DNA of 64,000 nt from positions 248,001 through 312,000 of the forward strand of contig JAKMXF010000110.1 of the NCBI GenBank assembly GCA_024704765.1, read 5' to 3'. The notes beneath the pieces were generated by a model that was not told the origin of the DNA, did no database searches, and worked only from the letters and a program-made list of their open reading frames with translations. Below, piece by piece: positions 46,620 to 59,759 of the stretch (the stretch's first letter is position 1; every line of letters begins with the position of its first letter). The stretch is from Oopsacas minuta. Taxonomy: Eukaryota; Animalia; Porifera. The translations under genes were made by a program, and so were the position numbers.

Positions 46620-48110
46620 CTAAAAATATTCCAAAAGTAAATGGCTACATCCACCAGATCTGAACGTAACTACAATCTTATTATTATCAGTTATAGCAAT
46701 CGCATTTGGTTCAAAACATTCCCATGCTGCAGTATCAAATGTCTTTAAGAAAGAACCTTCTATATCAACTTTCTTTATAAGATTACTCTTCAAATCTGTA
46801 ATAAATAAATCACAATTTTTGTCCATACAAAAGTTATTAGCGTGAGTGAAAGGAATACTATATTTATTGGTAACAATTTGTGAGATTTTAACCCCAGATT
46901 GAGAATTTAGAAGATGGATTAAATCTCTTTCTAATTCTAAAATGAATAATACATTATTATGTATTAATATTCCTGTGGTGAAAGACATTCCTTCAGTTTC
47001 CAATGCTCTAACGAATTTCAGGTCAGAGTTGAAGACAGAAATATTTGGCTTGTTCGTAGCTACAAATATTTCATTACTACTTGCGGTGATATGATCAGGA
47101 ATATGAGTATATCCAGGTGACGTTAGTTTGGAGTTTGTAATAGCATAATAGTTGGCGAGGGAGAATTTGAAAATACACGATTTTCCAATGTCTGTAATAA
47201 ATAGATAATCATTTTGTATAACTATTCCATAGGGATTTTTCATATCTTTCGTTCCAAATTCGGATAAGTATTTACCTTCGATTGTCCATACCTGCACTTT
47301 ATTATTATCACAGATAAAAACTCTATTAGTTTTCTCATGAATGCAAATTCCATTTGGATACATTTCCTTACCAATTTTTGGACGGAATTTAGTGACAACT
47401 GACATATCCAGTGATCTATAGCTGGGCTTACGTGGCTTAAGTGGAGGGCCATGTTCATGTAATATCTCACGAATATTTGGTAATGGTTCTATCTGTGTAG
47501 GTGTATCTGAATTTGTAGGGATAGTAGGCATAGCTTCCTTTACCGGGTGACTAGGTATATGTTGTTCAGAGGTAGATTTAGTCAAAGTTCTCGTCTTTGG
47601 GAAAGGTCGACGATTAGTCTCTGTATTATCAGATCCATAAAATTGCTCATTCATAGAATTATTCAGAAATGTAACTTTACTGAAAGTTCTCTTAGGAACG
47701 ACCATTTCATAAATTTCTCCGAAATTAGAAATATCATCTTTTAGTTGAGTGAATTGACAGAAAAAATGAATGTTCGTATTTACAATTTTAGATTGAAGAT
47801 CCTTTATTTTCTTATCAAATTCAGCAATATTTCTTTCCATCTTCTCAACCGCAAAATTTCCTTTTACGGAAGGAATAACGTTTTCTAATTCCATTTTAGA
47901 CTCCGTCATGCTCTTTATGGTATCAAACGTCTGTTCATTTCTTTTCTCAAATTCGTTGGTTAAACCTTGGAGCTTTTCTAACAGTTCCCGTTTCCTGTCG
48001 TGTATTACTTGAATAAGATTATCAAAAATCCTACATATCTTATCATGAGCACTCTCTGTAACTTGTTCAGTCATGCAATTATCCTCTAATTTATAATAGT
48101 ATACTAACAT
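46620..48110 (-). CDS. Coiled-coil + NHL-repeat beta-propeller protein (TRIM-NHL-like, lacking RING/B-box), intronless
   Basis: 496-aa ORF; N-terminal coiled coil, Pro-rich linker, NHL repeats (YPNGICI..NRVFICD, NPYGIVI..LFITD, PNAIAITDNNKIVV). Confidence 0.85.
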   Translation of the reverse strand: MLVYYYKLEDNCMTEQVTESAHDKICRIFDNLIQVIHDRKRELLEKLQGLTNEFEKRNEQTFDTIKSMTESKMELENVIPSVKGNFAVEKMERNIAEFDKKIKDLQSKIVNTNIHFFCQFTQLKDDISNFGEIYEMVVPKRTFSKVTFLNNSMNEQFYGSDNTETNRRPFPKTRTLTKSTSEQHIPSHPVKEAMPTIPTNSDTPTQIEPLPNIREILHEHGPPLKPRKPSYRSLDMSVVTKFRPKIGKEMYPNGICIHEKTNRVFICDNNKVQVWTIEGKYLSEFGTKDMKNPYGIVIQNDYLFITDIGKSCIFKFSLANYYAITNSKLTSPGYTHIPDHITASSNEIFVATNKPNISVFNSDLKFVRALETEGMSFTTGILIHNNVLFILELERDLIHLLNSQSGVKISQIVTNKYSIPFTHANNFCMDKNCDLFITDLKSNLIKKVDIEGSFLKTFDTAAWECFEPNAIAITDNNKIVVTFRSGGCSHLLLEYF

Positions 48111-48576
48111 TGTAAATTCTGGGCGTTAATTAATTGTAAATGGAAGCTAAGTATTGCCGATTAATATTCGGGAAGATGGTAGTTCGAATTCAACTTATTC
48201 AAACGTGTAAATACAAGCTTACCGGTTGATAGGGTCTTTACAAAATGAAGTATATGTATGACATAAGTATTGAAAATATTCTGGGAAGATTTGCTAAACT
48301 GGAAAGCAGAAATTCGATCGCGAGTTGTAAATAAATGTCCAAAGATGCCCTAGATATCAACATAGCGTCTCAACAATCCATGAAATTTGGCATCTCAATG
48401 ATACCCGAAACAAAATAATAATATCAATGGTGTGATTAATTGCAAATATAAATATCAGATCAATAATATACAGATACGCACACAATTAGAAGGAGAAATA
48501 CATTCAAAGCCTACGGAATAATAGCAAAAGATATAAAGAGTAAAAGAATCGATCAAAAAATGATAATATGAAATAA

Positions 48577-49530
48577 TTATCTCAAAGCACCTGCAACGCC
48601 TGCAGCTATTGCAATAACGACAATAACGCCAACTACAATAGCGATTACCACTGATATAATTATACATACAATTATATACAACTTCTTTTTTGATTTTCTA
48701 GTGTACACAATTGCTTGATGTGTTTCCTTCGCTGCAATGTAAACATGTTCTTTAGCTATTTCAACCTGTAGGTCAATTCTATCAATGACTTCACCTTGTT
48801 CATCAATCAAACGAGCTAACTCATCAAACATCTCCTGTAGTTCTCTCATATTCTCTTCAAGCTGTAGAATGTCATTATGTCTCTGCTCAATTTCATCCAA
48901 AGCTTGTTTACTTTGTTGTTTTTGTGAACCAAACTCATCAGAGAATATATTAGGTTTGTGGACATTTAGCATTTCATCAATTTCTTCATCATTTATATCC
49001 TTTCCAACTATTTTGAGTTGTCTTTTTATTCGCTCTTTACATCTGCTACGATACGTAGTCTGTTCCTGTTGATATTGATCCATTATTGTATTGAAACGCT
49101 TGATAATAGAGTTACATTGGACTTTATGCATACGGTAGTCTGCATCATTTCGATTCTCAACTGCTTCATCTCGCTCAAGTCGTTTACCTAAGGCCTGTAT
49201 GTTTGCTTGTACGTGTCTAGATATACTGCTTACCTTCTCCATAATCCCTTCTAGTTCTCTACGCTGTGTTTCTGGAGCTACAGCCTTGACAAGTAACTCA
49301 GCATGAATATGACTGATATGACGTACATGGTTTTCTATCTCGTTCACATTCTGTTTTAGAGATTCGAATTTGGTAAAGTAATCATCTTCAAGTAGTGAAT
49401 GTCTGTTAGCTGAAATTTCTGATTGGTCTAGTGGAGCTATTGTGTATGCAGACGTAACAAGTTCTACGTTATTTTCTGAGGTTATAGGGGCGAGTTGAGC
49501 TAGCCTGTCTCGCAAAGCTAGCGATGACAT
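48577..49530 (-). CDS. STX1: Plasma-membrane-type syntaxin (Qa-SNARE, STX1/2/3-like), intronless
   Basis: N-peptide LRDRL, Habc helices, SNARE motif with zero-layer Q (LIDEQGEVIDRI), basic KSKKK and hydrophobic C-terminal anchor. ATG at 49530. Confidence 0.88.
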   Translation of the reverse strand: MSSLALRDRLAQLAPITSENNVELVTSAYTIAPLDQSEISANRHSLLEDDYFTKFESLKQNVNEIENHVRHISHIHAELLVKAVAPETQRRELEGIMEKVSSISRHVQANIQALGKRLERDEAVENRNDADYRMHKVQCNSIIKRFNTIMDQYQQEQTTYRSRCKERIKRQLKIVGKDINDEEIDEMLNVHKPNIFSDEFGSQKQQSKQALDEIEQRHNDILQLEENMRELQEMFDELARLIDEQGEVIDRIDLQVEIAKEHVYIAAKETHQAIVYTRKSKKKLYIIVCIIISVVIAIVVGVIVVIAIAAGVAGALR

Positions 49531-49777
49531 TTCCAATAGCTATTTGGGAAAATACGAATGTTAGCAAAAACTAGGACATTAATAATAAAGACTATTTGTG
49601 TAGAATACACCTGCAATGAAATAATAAATGGAGATGAATTACGTAATTAATTTAAAAGTTCACATGAAACCACCAACTAGTAAATAGTAATCGACTAATT
49701 TACTTGCAAACTTGTAATACCAATTACAATGGATTAAAAGGAGCATTTTCATAATACTTTATCGATTGCAGAATTTG

Positions 49778-49955
49778 CAGTCAACTCCCGTTATATCGAC
49801 ACGGATATATCCAAATACCCGCTTATTTCAAAGTCTGAATTTGTACAAAAATGGATGCCAAACCGTTAAAATTAACATAAATTACATCGGTTAGATCGAA
49901 CTCTGCTTAGTAATATTCGCAGCCCCTTGAGCTTCGATATAATGGGAGTGGACTG
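49778..49955. mobile_element. MITE-A copy upstream of syntaxin
   Basis: CAGTCAACTCCCGTTATATCGA ... CTTCGATATAATGGGAGTGGACTG. Confidence 0.8.
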
Positions 49956-51545
49956 CATATATCTGCGTAGCCAGATGGACATAGAAAGCAGCTCAAAAGT
50001 GGTGTGGGAAACTAACGTAGCTTTTAGTGCACCTCAGTTGTTGAGTTTTATAGTCTGGCTACAAATCCTGAAGCTAGAAATGGGGTGTTAACACCTCCAA
50101 ATTTCAGGAAATGAAACCAGGCAAATACAGTCAACTCAAGTTTTATCGAGGCTCAAGGGACCGCAATAATTAGTTAATTAAAAGTAATAAAATTTATACA
50201 ATTATCTAAGAATGCAAGTTCTAAAAACAAAAATTGAATCATCTTGTCACACACATAATACAGTAGTACCTCTATATTTGGTGGAGGTCGGGCCAGCGAA
50301 TCTCCTGATAACCCTCCATTAATTTCATGGATCTGATGGATTTCTTTGGACTTCAGAGAATCCAAATCTATCCGAAATCCATAATCCATAATCCATCTGC
50401 CCCTTCTATGTGAGGCATAATTTGCTCTAGAGTATCCCCATGCCTCACTCCCCGTTTATAGAGGTTGGTTTCTATGGAAATGAATGAAGGTGGACCAAAA
50501 TTGCCCGCTTATAGAGGTTCCCCATTTATAGAGAACCCACTTATAGAGATAGCACTGTACTTTATACGGACAGTATACAGGAACAGGCAAGTGTCAAGAG
50601 TAAGCACAACTCGAGACTGGTTCTGGATTCCAGAACTACCAATACCAACTGGAAGGCGTGGGAGCCCAAAGAATCGGAAAGGGAAACAGATGATCATACT
50701 CTAAATTGTATTCACATAATACCTAATCTCTAGTAGTTTTCACTGTGCCGACTATACTACCATTAGTATATTTAGCCCAGTATCTAGTATTGATCTTGGT
50801 TCATATTTGCATAGTTTCGCCAAACAACGTTAAAGGCCCTCAGCAATGCTAAATGTAACTAAATAAGTGAATATTGACAAGCAAAATCCAGTTTACGAAG
50901 ACAGTATTTGAATTATTTTGAAATTAAAAAATTATTATTATTATTATTATTACCACGTATATCAAACAAATCTATGCATATTCTCTCAAAAGATTGTATT
51001 TCGTGATTATTTTAGGATATACGAAAACAGACTAATTATAATATATTTTACAGATGTTATAACAAATTGAACTTTCTCATTCATGAATAAGCACATCTTA
51101 TAAACACAGAAACCATAAAATATGCTATCAGTGGTCTAACTTTCAACATCGTATTATGCGCAAACACAGCCACTGAAAGCTTTTACAAGATTGTAAATGA
51201 AACACTAATGATGCCTTAGGAATAGAATGCTATGGAAACCTAATCGCATTCTACGTATTCACAATTTATGCATGATTGACATTCTTCCTAAGATAATATT
51301 CGTTGAGATAACTGAAAATTAATTAGATCAACCAAGGACTTTGCGTTTGATAATTTGACCATTTAGTTTGTTCTTGGAAAGATCTAATTAGAAGAATATT
51401 GAATTTAATTGATTGCTATTTCTGTAGACGATTATTCATTGATTCATTGTTGAGCAAGCGTAGTAGTTGTAATAGTAGAGAAATAAATTCTACAGACCAG
51501 TTATCTTCTTTCTGCATTGGATTTCTCTCCAGAATTAAATTTATT

Positions 51546-54500
51546 ATGGCAACGAGTTGTGCTGATCCAAGGAAGGCTGCCATAATCTCTGATCAAAACG
51601 GATTTATTTCCAACCTAGAAAAGCACCATGCTTCTCTTGGGTAAGTACACAGCCTCTCAAATAATAATTTACTTCATTTTATAGTGTTTTTAGTAGAAAT
51701 TTTCTTCCGTTTACTTTCACTCTAACTCACTAACTTCTTATACAAGATTGTAAGCTCTACTGAGATTACTCTAAATCTTTCTAACTATATCTTGTAATAG
51801 AGTATAGCGCTTGATATATTCTTATATACTTACTATCAACCATCTCGCATCCACTACTAGGGTTAGGGCGCTCTCATATCCATCCACAGAATCTATGCTG
51901 GAGCTAGCAATCCATACTCGTGTGATTTATACTGTCTATTTCTATCTACCTAACTTATAAATATTTGCTTTCGTATTACGCATAGCTCATGCTACAGCCA
52001 CGATTTGAGATTTGTATTAGACTGATTTCTTCGCTTTGCAAACGATATTTATGCAAATTTCAAAATATCCTTGACTTGAACTCGAGATTACTTCAGAATA
52101 TAACTAACTGAGTCTAGAATGTGGAAATTATTGATTTATTTGATGGCTATTTTATCTGTAATTCATATTAGAATCTTGGAATATATGATTTATATATCCA
52201 GATACGCCTTACGATAATCTATGACTTATAATAGAATACTTTCCCTCGAATTTATCAAATATCAACTCATACTATATGTGCCTGCCGAAACAACTTTACC
52301 ATTTGTATCGTTGATCATTTGAAACCCATCTATACATACTCCGTTTACTATATTTACTTTCCGAAATCAGAGTCCCTTGATTTAGCAATCTTACGCTCTC
52401 GAAGTGTGACAACATGGTCATGTCACACGGTGTCAATTTGTACAAAGTTCGTATCAGTAATCACTTTCATCTCAAAACTCATTTTTGCCATAATGTCATT
52501 ATTCACGACTCACGAGTTATATAAAAGTTCATGGTTCAAACATGGTTTATCAGCTCATGTTGGTCCATATTATTCATATCACAACTCAAAAGTTCATGAA
52601 AGTGGCGAATCTCATCCAACTTGGATTATCTGAACTGTTTTAGACAATTCAAAACGTTCTGGCTATGTATAATACAGATAATCTATGTATAATGGATATA
52701 AACTGTGAACAGGGAGCATACTTTGTTCAACCTAGTTCGTATACTCATTGGATTATTTTAACACACTAATATTTACTTTTACATACTCTTGTTCTAATTA
52801 TACGAATGCATAATGGCTGTATTTGCGAGAAAGATTCCTCAGTGAGTCAGTCCAATATTTTTCAAATCATGGCTTATCTTTTCAAAAGATGTATATACAT
52901 ATATGTGTTCGTATAAGCGATTGTTATTTGTAAGGAATGACTTGTATCTCTACTCTACTAGAACTTTGTATCGGAGTGTCCCAGTCCTTCCTATCAACAT
53001 CAATCTCTTCTCCCTCTACCACTGTGTTAGATTACGAGGAGGATTCCATGAGGTAATCTATATATATTAGTTAGTTTATTATTATCATATTTGACTCTCA
53101 ATTGCTCATGATAAGGAGTACGTGACAATAGTTCTTTGGTGTACATGATAGTGACTGATCGACTGTACAGTCAAAAGCTTTATGTAAAGGCCAGTGGCCA
53201 ATCGGCCACCCAAGGAACTGGCTTGTTTAACTTTAGTTATGTGGCTGTATATATCCAGTTGGTCCCGTATACTCAGATTTAACATGCTTTACTAGTAATT
53301 GTTACAATTGCATAATATTGAACTCTATTTAGGTTACAAGAAAGAAGGAATGGCCTTTGATAGCCAAACAACTATTCTATCCACAACAATCTATCTCAAG
53401 AGTAGCTTACTTACTTCATTATCAATATTATCAGTAAGTTTATATACAAATAGTTTACAATAGCTTTACAGAGTGTACATATTCTACATTGCTACTTGTT
53501 ATTTGTAGGTTATTATTCAGTTTTGAGATAAGTCATTCTCGTTCATCAAGAATACCTCGTTCTCTCAATTCCTCGATTCCTACTTTAGTTATCCCAGCTC
53601 TGTATGAACCTCCTATAAATGAAGGTGAGTACTTCTACCACAACAGAAATATACATTATTGATATGTTTCTTCTCTAATACCAACAGTTAGAAGAGATTT
53701 ATTTATACACGCCAGTTATACTCCTGTTATATCGAAGCTCAAGGGTCGCAATAATTCATTCGATATACCTGATGACACATATATTACTTTGACAATATGC
53801 GACCATATTTGTATACTTTCAGAAATCGATATAAGGGGGTATTTTCGCTATATCTGTGTTCGATATAACGCGAGTTGGCTGTATATTGAAGATGGACCAT
53901 GATTGAAATTACCAATTCTCTTATACATTTATAGATCCTTCATCTCATTACACTCATACAGATATATCTCTAACAAGATTAAGATGCTCTCTCCTATCAG
54001 GATATCCTAATGAAGTAGAGCTGGCTATCAATACTTTAGTTATTCTATCTTCTAGAAAACAGTTCTGTCTCACATATGTGAGTTAACTTCGCTTGCCTAA
54101 ACACATTGTGTCTCTCTATCATAAATCCCCAGTTACGTCACTACAATACTATTATTTATCACACATTATTATACCTAGGAACTGACTTTATTGGATTTAC
54201 TACTAGCACATGTGGGTATATTCAAAGGTACTTTATCTTATGTCTCATAACCACATACTCTATATACTTAAAATTAATAATACTATTGATATTCTGTAGG
54301 AAAGGACTTGTGGGATCTTTTTAATTCAACTGAATATGCTGGTATGCATAACATGGATCAGATATGGTCTCAGCTACTACTACCTGACCAATACTTACGC
54401 TACATACAACCTCATACAGAATACACATCCTACTCTCTATCTGAGGAGTATCGAGATATACTAGCTCCTCTTGAAATAGCAGAGAAGGGAGATTATATAT

Positions 54501-57500
54501 ACAGATTGTATGCGGTTAGTTAATAATACAGTCAACTCCAGTTATATCGAACACATATATCGAAGTATGAAATTGTACAAATATGGTTCCAAACCGTCAA
54601 AGTAACATATATTCCATCGGTTATATCAAAGTAATTATTGCGGTCCCTTGAGCTTCGATATAATGGGAGTTGACTGTAGTCTACTATCAATGAAATGTAT
54701 TACCTTGCTTACAATAGGTTGCTACTATACTCTACAATGCTTGTTATCTGGAAGAGAATAGTAGTTTTATGCTTGAACATAATCAATCTGTCAGGTAAGT
54801 TCATTATATTATCATGATATGGTGTTGTAATGATATTCTATTATTATTATTTAGATTTATACTGGCTAGTATATCATGTAATAATGTTATACTACAACAC
54901 TTTGCGTGGGATGCACTTACTATTATAGGAGAGAAGGTATGTGTATGCTAATTGATCCTGTGTTATGTGTTATTGGATGTATATAGTTGTCATTAATAAA
55001 ATATGTCATTGCTGACTCATGTCAGAACGCAACTCTTGATAGATGCCTTGAACAAATTGACAACTTCCCAATTCTGTTAAACTCTAATTTCCATTGATTC
55101 TATTTATCCATGGTCCAAAGATATATTTCTCAATATAGCCACACATATCTTATACAACGGATACTGGTTGTAGAACTTGTATTGCTATTCCCAAGGGTAT
55201 TCTTCTAACCGGCATCCATTGCATTACGTACAAGCATTATATGACAATAAACTCTCATAGGTTCCGTTATTTTCCAATGAGTTATGCTCAGAAGAGTTGT
55301 TACAGCTTGTACTAGACTCAATAGTATCAGAAGATAGCTTCATTCTGCTAAGAAACTTAGAAGTTATCAAATGTATAGCAGCAGCAAATATTGATATGGA
55401 TATACCTAAGGAAATTCCTCATTATATTATTAGGCTACTCACTCTTAGTGATGTACAGGTATTTTATGATACGATTAGCTACAAATTTAGAAAATATATT
55501 TTCTGATGTTTTATTATTTGTATAGCTATTACTGAGATGTGTAGAGACTTTATATCAGCTGACAGAGATTAGTACAACTAACTGTAATTATATTATATCA
55601 TCAGTACATGGAATTGGTGGGTATTTATTTGGTACAATGTAACCTCCATAAACGTGGCCTGTAGAAACGGGGACCTTCTGGAAACGGAGTGATAACTAAA
55701 TAGTGCGAATTCGTAGCCCCATACAAATGACTCGCTAAAAACAGGGGTCATGGCAGGAACGAGGTAGCATTTTCGGCGTCCCTAACACCCCGTTTGTTGA
55801 GGATACACTGTATTTATAATGATGATATATTTGTATACATTTATTCCGACAATATCCATAGTCCAATTTAACTGAGTAGAGTGGCAGCTTTTGCCAACCA
55901 TCAATTCTTGTCCATTCTATTATTATCTAGATATTCTCATAACTTGTCTGACACGTGACATAGATGCTCTAGCCTCACAATCAGCTGACAGATTTACTAT
56001 GGTTACAGAAGTACATCGTGATGAGGAGTTAGCTAGAGGAATACCACACAACGTACACTATTCTATTAGGACGTTATGTGATGAGACTAATGCTATAACC
56101 TCAGCTGTGACGTCACAGAATAATATCGTTGAACCACAAGGATTTGGACCTGATGAGCTAGCTAAGAAATGGCTGAGATCATGTTTTGAGAATTGTTCCA
56201 AAGGTACAATTTCTAAGACCCAGTTATACTCAGGGTATCACGCTTATTTGAAGAATATATTCCAGAATCAATCCTCTCTGGGGTTCGGACGTCTTCTAGA
56301 GCATATTAGACATATATTCCCGAAAGCTACGCTTAAAAAGGCAATGGGACCTGATGGAAGATCAAGGTATGACTGTTTATTAGATAATACTGATAGTACC
56401 AACAATAGCATTTGTTCAAGGTTGCAACCGAATATCAGTATTCGGTAGGCTGCTATTCATGTCTACTACTATTCTGTATCAGGTTTAATTATGAGTTAAT
56501 CATCGGCTGAACTAAGCAACTAACTTAATTACATAGTTGGGGCCAATTATAATTCATTAAAAATGAAAAGATTATTATTAATTATTCAAATAATTAATAA
56601 ATGCAACTATGACTTAGCGTGAACTAAATTACATCAATATACAGAATAATAATTTCTTATTATTCTCAGCTGATATGGGTTAGTTGGTTAATATTTATCT
56701 AGACTCCCACAAGGGGTTGAACTTAAGAAACCCCTCCCAGCCCTGATTTAGTCAACAATTTTATTCGTTTTCAAAACCGTTGTCAGAATTGTAAGATATT
56801 CACAATATCTTACAATTTCTTACAAAAGTTTCTTTGGATGAATAATCAAGAATTTTTTGTCCGTAATCAAAATAATAAACATAATTTGCTTTGATATTAA
56901 AATTTTGAAAATAGCACAATGTGGTTAAATCCATTGTCTTAACTAACTCTTCACCATACTTGCTCTCCGAATCTCTGGATTATCCCCGGAAATATTCTAA
57001 GGAGTTGGTAAGTATGCTTAACATAACATGTTTTCCTTTAGTTTCCTGTTCTACTATCTCCGTATCAAGCAACATATTAGTGTAGAAGATATTTCTCTCC
57101 CTTCTGTTGTTTCAACTAATTCCAGTCCATACACTACTCCAATCAAAATCAAGTTAAACCCTCTTGCTAAAATTTCCCCAATACCCCCCCTCATGAATAT
57201 GAATCATCCTTATTCTAACAATAGAATGCTAGCTCCAAAGATAAGAAGTTTAACTGACCCAGCTAAACCAACTATACCGCGAAATTTTGTTATAAAAAAT
57301 ATATTTAATAATACAAATATGAATAAAAATATTTCTCTAAAACAAACTCTCTCACCTCCACTTAAATCCCCTCCTGCACATCCCCTGGTCCAATATAAAC
57401 AGCCTCCTCTCTCCACGTCTCCACCAACACCCTCTGAAACACAGAAATCACTTGAACCCAGTAAACAACTAAATGATCCTATGATATTACAAATACCAAT

Positions 57501-59759
57501 AGAATTCTACCAGAATTCACCTACCTCTCCTGAATTGAAAACAGTAGAACAAAATGGACACTGTAACGACAACTATCTTCCCCCAACAGAACAAGAACCT
57601 TCTCTCCTTAAGAAGAGACCACAACCTCCGTACAGCCCTAACTCTATAATTTCACCTAAGAAACCTACACCAAACACTCCCCCTATTGTTACTAACCACA
57701 CAGATATAATACAGAATGGAGATCTACCTGTTGTAAATGGAGAAGTATATACGTTCAATTGGAATGAAGTTGATATAATTAACTCAGAAAAGAAGGTAAT
57801 TGTTGATACAGAAAAACAGCTGACGACTAATGATATTCCTGATATTATATCGCCAATACACGAAATCAAAGCTAGTCATATAGAGAACAGTGATTACCCC
57901 TTAATTTCAATTTCTCTCTCATCTGCATCTCTAAAACTACCTGAAATTGAACAGAATGCACAAGATTCAGTTTCAACACAAAAGCCTTTATCTCTTACAG
58001 CTGATGCTCCTGCGGTTAATCATACATCTACACCTGTCAATGAGGAGGTAGACTCTCCTCTCAGTGGTAAGAAAGCTAAGAAATCTCATAAAGAGAAACA
58101 GAATGTCACGCCTACATGTCAATGGCAAAACTGCTCCAAGTAAGTCTATGTATTTTGCTCCTATTTGTTTTATATTGATTTGTGTTGTTAGGCCATTTGA
58201 TGAATGGGATGCTCTATTGAAGCATGCTTGTAATGAACACGCTCAAGAAGATTATCCAACTATATGTCTGTGGTTAGGTTGTAAAACACATAGAAATACA
58301 AGGAGTAGACCCTCCCTCATGAGACATTTCCAGGTAACTGTTGTGCTAAATTTCCTTTCAACATTATAGAGTCTACTCCCGTAATATAGAATACGGATAT
58401 ATCGAAATATATACCAGCTTATCGAAGTCTGAAATCGGACAAATATGGTCCCAAACAATCGAAGTAACATATATTTTTTCATCGGTTATACCGAAGTCTT
58501 TTCATATCGAAGTAATTATCGCGATCCCTTGAGCTTCAATATAACTGGAGTTGACTGTGTATAGATATAATTTTTGTAGGTATTTGTTTCTATAATTAAA
58601 TAGGTGAGTCACTGTACTCCTAATCCAATCCAATCCAAAGTAGTCTCTGTAGCACATTTGTTAGACAAGTTAAAACGTATTCCACCACTAGAGGTAAGTA
58701 TGATTTGAAAGTTTAACGTTTCTATATACTCAATTTATATATTTGCTTTTAGCAACATTCTGAAGGAATTTTATCACGCAGTCTACACCTAACAACCGCC
58801 CTAATTCTTCGGAATGTACTACACAAGTGTCCTGAATCTATTAGGTAAGTTCATATACTATCTTATAACAGCAATAATATTGGGCTGGCTATATTGGTTT
58901 ACTTGTCTTTTTCACAGGTAAAATCAAATATTTTATCAATATATCATCCCCTCGTAGAAAGCCCTTTTTCCTATGAATCCCACTTATTCTGAGTATATTA
59001 TAATTAAACTTATGATTATCTTGAGTTTATGTCGCAATGATTGTAACGATAATTTAATATTTACACTTCTTTGTTTAATTGCAATTTAATTACCCTTATA
59101 TGGTTATATATACACCCCTACTATGTTAAAAATGGAAATGATCTGTTAATTTTGGAATATATGGAATATACATTTATAGATATTTTACTATTACTTCCAG
59201 GTGCACTTTGGACTCTTACTCGTATTATTTGACAAATAAATAATCTGCTTTGATTAGGTGAGGAGTTAAATTCCTTCCATTTTTGTCAAATTAGCGGAGG
59301 ATTTCCATCTACCTTGCAATCAGGCAGGTTGCCCAACTTTGAAATATTTAGACCTCTGTATTCTGGCCTGATAAATGAGTCGATCCGCCCAGCTAATTGC
59401 GTTAATTATCTTATATTAATTGATATATTAGAGTTCATTCCCTTTGTCTCTATTAAATATAATTACTAAATCTTTATTACACACGAGGTAGCCCCAATTT
59501 GTCGTAGTCTTCTGTCTATAGACTATCCATTCTGTTCAAAATTGAACGAACAACAACAACAACAGTCAACATTTTTCTATGAAATTACCTTATATCAGTA
59601 TTATTTATTGTAACTCTATTTAATGAATTTTTTTATTTTAGTAATTTTGCGTTACACGAACACACTCTACTAACAGTTGCAACAACAGACTCTCTAGCTG
59701 GCCGATATATTACAGAGATTCTCTCTAAAATTTCAAGTTTCAAACACTCCAATTTTTGA
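51546..59759 (+). CDS. ARID2: ARID2/BAF200 (PBAF subunit): ARID, armadillo-like region, RFX winged helix, two C2H2 fingers
   Basis: ARID exons (FISNLEKHHASLG / NLFSLYHCVRLRGGFHEV / WPLIAKQL), SLLSGYPNEVELAIN, RFX-like AKKWLRSCFE..QLYSGY, CQWQNC..H...H / CLWLGC..HFQ, LTTALILRN, and last exon 59642-59759 (LHEHTLLTVATTDS..ITEILSKI). Confidence 0.88.
53713..53881. mobile_element. MITE-A copy (ARID2 intron)
   Basis: CAGTTATACTCCTGTTATATCGAAGCTCAAGGG ... GATATAACGCGAGTTGGCTG-TA. Confidence 0.8.
54529..54676. mobile_element. MITE-A (pogo/Tc1-mariner-like TIR CAGTCAACTCC(C/A)GTTATATCGA), intact reference copy
   Basis: 148 bp, TA on both flanks, inverted termini; lies in an ARID2 intron. Confidence 0.85.
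55635..55810. mobile_element. MITE-B (TIR CAGTGTAACCTCCACAAAC), ARID2 intron; relatives at ~2263-2418, 4092-4268, ~5445-5570, ~14636-14781
   Basis: Shared core (GAAACGGAGTG..GCGAATTC..CCCCATACAAATG..GGTAGCATTTT) and inverted termini with TA flanks in several copies. Confidence 0.75.
58369..58557. mobile_element. MITE-A copy (ARID2 intron)
   Basis: GAGTCTACTCCCGTAATATAG ... CTTCAATATAACTGGAGTTGACTG. Confidence 0.75.

Noticed and set aside
50174-50704. ORFs 50174-50389, 50465-50704, 50509-50697
   Set aside because: They overlap a TIR-bearing repeat (~50259-50553) and show no recognisable protein features.
51858-51869. Telomeric TTAGGG-like repeats (also ~21013, ~10006)
   Set aside because: At most 1-2 units; expected by chance.
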